Source: Piromyces finnis finn
Lineage: Eukaryota; Fungi; Neocallimastigomycota
Reading direction: 5' to 3'
NCBI GenBank assembly: GCA_002104945.1
Contig: MCFH01000070.1
Coordinates: 171,111 to 235,110, forward strand
Length of the DNA: 64,000 bases
Positions 59,301-64,000 of the stretch are shown here, in pieces. The notes under the pieces were generated by a model. It searched no databases, was not told where the DNA came from, and saw only the letters and a list, made by a program, of their open reading frames with translations. Position 1 is the first letter of the stretch, and each line of letters starts with the position of its first letter. Position numbers and translations under genes: made by a program.

Positions 59301-62300
59301 TGAAGTTGGTCATTTAATGGCTGTTTATCACCTTGATTATACCACCAAAAGAGGAAATCTTATTGATTATAATAATTTAAAACCAAGAGATTTTTTAATT
59401 GAACTTAAAAAAGTTTTAAATCTTTTAAACCCAATTGATGAAATGGATAAAGAAAGCCCAAGAGAATTTAATAAGAAAAAATTAGAAAATTTAAGTGATA
59501 TTGTAAAATCTTATGTATTTACAGCTGATAATTTATGAAATTAATCTTAATATCTTTATTTCTTAGAACTGATATTCCAGTAGTTTTAATGGGCGAAACA
59601 GGCTGTGGAAAAACATCTTTAATAAAAATAATAGCAAGTTTAAAATCTATTCCAATGTATACATTTAAATATTCATGCTGGTACAGAAGACGATGATATT
59701 ATTCAATTCATAAGAAATAACAATTTATTTAATGATATTAGTAAAAATAAAGATAATGAGGAGAAAACGGATATGGTTTGGATATTTTTTTTGATGAAAT
59801 AAATACTTGTAATTCATTATGTTTAATTACTGAAATTATGTTAAAGCATTCTTGTAAGGGAGAAAGTATCAGAGAAAACGTAAAATTTATTGCTGCATGC
59901 AATCCTTATAGAGTAGATGTTAGTTAAAAGAGAAATTCCTGGGTTATTAGATGAAAAATATATTGTGAGTAATCTTGTTTACAGTGTTAATCCTTTACCT
60001 CATTCTCTTCTTAATTTTGTTTTTGATTTTGGTTCACCCAAATGATAAAAGATATTAGAAAGTATATATCAAATATCACCTATGAATTCTTCAAAGAAAT
60101 ATTAAAATAGGTATATTTTTAAATAAAATACATACAATTGCAGAAGATTCAATTTTTGAAGCTCATAAATATATAAGAGATAATTTTGATATTTCATCAG
60201 TTAGTTTAAGAGAAATTAGAAGATTAAGTATTCTATTTGAATGGTTTTGTAATAAATTTATTAAAAAATAAATTTATAATTAAAAATTTTAAAGAAATGT
60301 TAGATGATGAAAAAAGATACATTTATTCCTTAAATTTAAGTATATACCTATGTTATTATATAAGATTGTTTGATAAAAATAAAAGAATAATATTTATAAA
60401 AAAAATGGAAAGATCATTTAAAAATGAAATTAAATTTGAAGATATTCCAAAGAAAATAGAAAATGAAATTGCAACTGCTGTAAAATTGGATAAAGGTATT
60501 GCTAGAAATAAAGCTTTATTAGAAAACTTGTTTGCTATCTTCGTTTGTTTAAACACAAAGATACCTTTATTTATAATAGGAAAACCTGGTTGCAGTAAAT
60601 CATTAAGTGCACAATTAATTTTTAAATCAATGAATGGAAAAAATTCATCTCATGAATTTTTTAGAGAGTTCCCAAAGGTATACACAAAATCTTATCAAGG
60701 CTCACGTACAAGTACTTCACAAGGTATTTTGAAAATATTTGAAAAAGCAAGAAAGTCACTGGAAAAAAAATACTTCTAATGAAATTATATCAGCAATTTA
60801 TTTTGACGAGATGGGACTTGCGGAAGTATCCAAAAATAATCCACTAAAAGTAATACATTCACAATTAGAATATGATGATAATGAAAGAAAAATAGCATTC
60901 ATTGGTATTTCAAATTGGCCATTCGATGCATCTAAAATGAATAGAGGAATCTATCTTTCAATTCCTGAACCTGATGAACAAGATTTAATTGATACAGCTT
61001 TAGCTATTGCTAAATCCTATGATCCAAAATTAGTACAAGATTATAAAATCTATTATGAATATTTATCATCATCTTATTATAATTATAAGGAAGGATTGAA
61101 AAATAATTCACTAAAATTTAAAAATAATAATAAAACTAATTTTAAATTACCCAATAAGAATATTAAAGAATTTCATGGTACTAGAGATTTTTACCATTTA
61201 ATAAAAATCTTATCAAAATTATTCATTCAAAATAAATTCCCAACGGAAAAGTGCATAATTGATGATATTTTAATGGAAAGTATTGAAAGAAACTTTGGTG
61301 GTTTAGATTATTCTATTGAAAAATTTAAAGAAATGTTTAAAACTTTATATCAAAATGTTAACGATATAAGTAAATATGATGTAATGAACTGTGTCCTTAA
61401 TAATATAAAGGATTCAGATAGTAGATATCTTTTAATTGTAACAAAAAGTTCGATTAGTCAATATCTAATTACATTAATTATACAAGAATTATGTAAAAAT
61501 TATGTATTTTATTATGGTAGTGATTTTGATGAAGATACATTAAAAGGATATTATAGTGCGAAAATTTTAAATAAGGTACAAATTTCTATGAATGAAGATA
61601 CTGTAATGGTATTAAAGAACTTATCTAGCATGTATCCATCGTTATATGACCTTTTTAATCAAAATTTCAGAAAAGTCGGAAATAGCAATTATGCAAGAAT
61701 TGCGTTAGGAAATTCCAATACACAAAATTATAAAGTCAATGACAACTTCAGATGTATTGTTCTTTTAGATAAGAAAGAAATTAATGAACAAGATCCTCCA
61801 TTTATTAATAGATTTGAAAAACATATAATTTCATTCGAAAATTTACTAGATTCTAAAGCAATAAATTTAACAAACAACATTTTTAATGACATAAATAAAT
61901 TCTGTAATAAAAAGAATAATTTATTAAAAATTGATTTAAAATCAGAATTAGTTAATTGTGATTTAGAAGAAATTTGTGGTATTATCTATCAAATGTTAAT
62001 AAATAATAAGACAAATAATAATGAAATTAGAAGAAGAAATAATTATAATGATATTATTAAATCGAAACTAATTACAAATAATATAATATATGATGATAAA
62101 TTAAAAGAAACACTAGAAGATAAAATATATCATAAAATTGTTCCAACATTTTCACAAGATATAATATTCTTTTTTAAATATTCTGAATATGGAAAACAGC
62201 ATAAAAATAAATATCAAAAGATATTAAACATTTATCTCGAATCTTCAAAACAACATCAAAATATTAAATATTATTTGGAAAAAATTAATATTAATAAACA

Positions 62301-64000
62301 TATTATTTACACTTTTTCTAATATTTTAGATTCTGCATTTGAAGTAAATAATATTGAAAATGAAAAATATGGACTTTTTACAAAAGAAAATACGAATAAT
62401 GTTTTTATTAGTCAGTATAGTTCAGAAAGTGATATTGAAGAATGTATTATTGAATATTACAACAATAATAACTATAATCTATGCATTATTCATTTTGATG
62501 TCTATGAATGTAAACATCTAAATCATGTTAATTACTTAATAGAAAATATTGAATCATCCAAAAATGAAAATGAATTAAAACCAATTATTTTAATTATTCA
62601 TATCAAAAGAATTACAATAAATAATGAAAATAATATTGAAAATGAAGAAGATAGAATACAAAATGAATACTTAATATCACATTTAACAAATTGGCAACAA
62701 TTTTTCATTGATAACTTGAATGGAAAAATAACAAACCTAAACGATATTATCTGTGCTTCCAAAAATGAATTATTTAAAAATAAAACTTTGATAGACTTGG
62801 ATGAAGAATTTAAAAATGAACTATATCATTCATTTACTTTTATCCATTATAATGATAAAATTAATTTTACTGATATCTCAAAAGAAGAATATATAAATAA
62901 AGTATGTGATTTAATTATTGGAAATAAAGTATTAATGGGAAATATTTTTTCACTAGTCTTAAACAAAATTAATTCCATTCATAATAATATAATTATGGAA
63001 GTATTTGAAAAATATAATTTTGAAGAAAATGATATTGATTTTATTTCAGTTCTTATTAAGCATATGAAAAATATTTATAAGAATGCTATAATTTGTTCTT
63101 TAATCCAATTAGAAAATCTTAATATATTTTCTACATTATTATCTACTAATAAATGTATGAAAAATAAATATTTTGGAAAAATTTATCAAGAAAATATTAA
63201 AAAATTAAAGGAAGAATCTACCTTAACTTCTCAAACCATATCTCAAGTAACTAATATTGATTTAATTTTAGGGATTTCATACCCATGTATTATTCCTGTA
63301 TTTGATAAAATTAACAAATACATTGTTGAAAACTTAAAAAATGATTATTTCAAAAATGAAAATTTATATATTACTAAAAGTGAAGATGACTATAAGAAGG
63401 AAAAATACATATTTGAAATGAATATTAAAAGAAAGTTTGATGAACAATACTTTGCGGATATATTTTTATATTACAATAAAAAGAAATTAAATATACTTGA
63501 TAGAAAGAAATTACTTCAAATTTTATTTGAAGATTATATTATATACTATTTATCAAAATCAAATAATAAATTTAAAAATAAGAAAATATTACGTTTCTTT
63601 GATACACTAAGTCAATTATTTGAAATGATTAATAATGAAAATGAAAATGAAGATGATTATGAAGAATATAGTGATAATGATATTAAATTATTATATGAAA
63701 AATTAACAAAATTTATCTTATTTATCGAAACATTCCAAAAAATATATTATCATTATAGTTGATTTTATTAACTTTATGGATTCTATTTTTATAGATTTTA
63801 CAGAAAATGTTTATTTTAAAAATATTAGATAATACATTTATGAAAGTTAATAAGAAGATTTCTATCGGAAATGATATAATATTCAATTTGTACGAATCAT
63901 TAGTTTATTGCATTCTTAATTACAAATACAATTTTAATGTTATATCAAATGAATTATTTAATGAACTTTTTGAAGAAATTAAAATTATTTCTAACACTGT
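53390..64000 (+). pseudogene. RNF213/mysterin-like giant dynein-related AAA+ ATPase, intronless, broken by many frameshifts (pseudogene or sequencing indels); runs off the window
   Basis: Motifs occur in RNF213 order across the fragments: SISGLGKS, GETGCGKT, FDEINT, AACNPYR, LVYSVNPLPHSL, SVSLREIRR, NKALLEN, GKPGCSKS, YQGS, FDEMGLAE, ISNW..DASKMNR, HGTRDFY, RNFGG, LYDLFNQ, PPFINRFEK. Confidence 0.85.

Noticed and set aside
53390-63762. Alternative (ciliate-type) genetic code explaining the RNF213-like fragments
   Set aside because: At the breaks I inspected, the protein continues in a different frame, so these are indels and not reassigned stops.

Overview
Very AT-rich, intron-containing eukaryotic DNA. 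Composition, long (AAT)n tracts, short GT-AG introns and a Zn2Cys6 factor suggest an anaerobic gut fungus (Neocallimastigomycota); that assignment is an inference. Genes from left to right: Rab6/Ypt6, triosephosphate isomerase (TPI), a probable Integrator subunit INTS14 with a very long Asn-rich tail, Syo1/HEATR3, a Zn2Cys6 transcription factor, a Vps10 receptor with three modules, a GT-A-like protein, a single-pass protein with RSPQP repeats, two identical intronless DUF2828 (TROVE-like/vWA) genes, and a heavily frameshifted RNF213-like giant AAA+ ATPase running off the right end. Mobile DNA: a full-length single-ORF APE-RT LINE, a 5'-truncated copy of it, an old decayed 3' end of the same family, and a tRNA-Ala(AGC)-derived SINE with a target-site duplication. 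Best leads: (1) a hidden 34-codon in-frame extension after the TPI stop that ends in a CaaX-like CCTIC; (2) a 124-bp tandem unit at the putative LINE 5' end whose four inter-copy substitutions all preserve a minus-strand RNA fold, making it a candidate ribozyme or structured ncRNA; (3) the SINE; (4) the duplicated bacterial-style DUF2828 gene.
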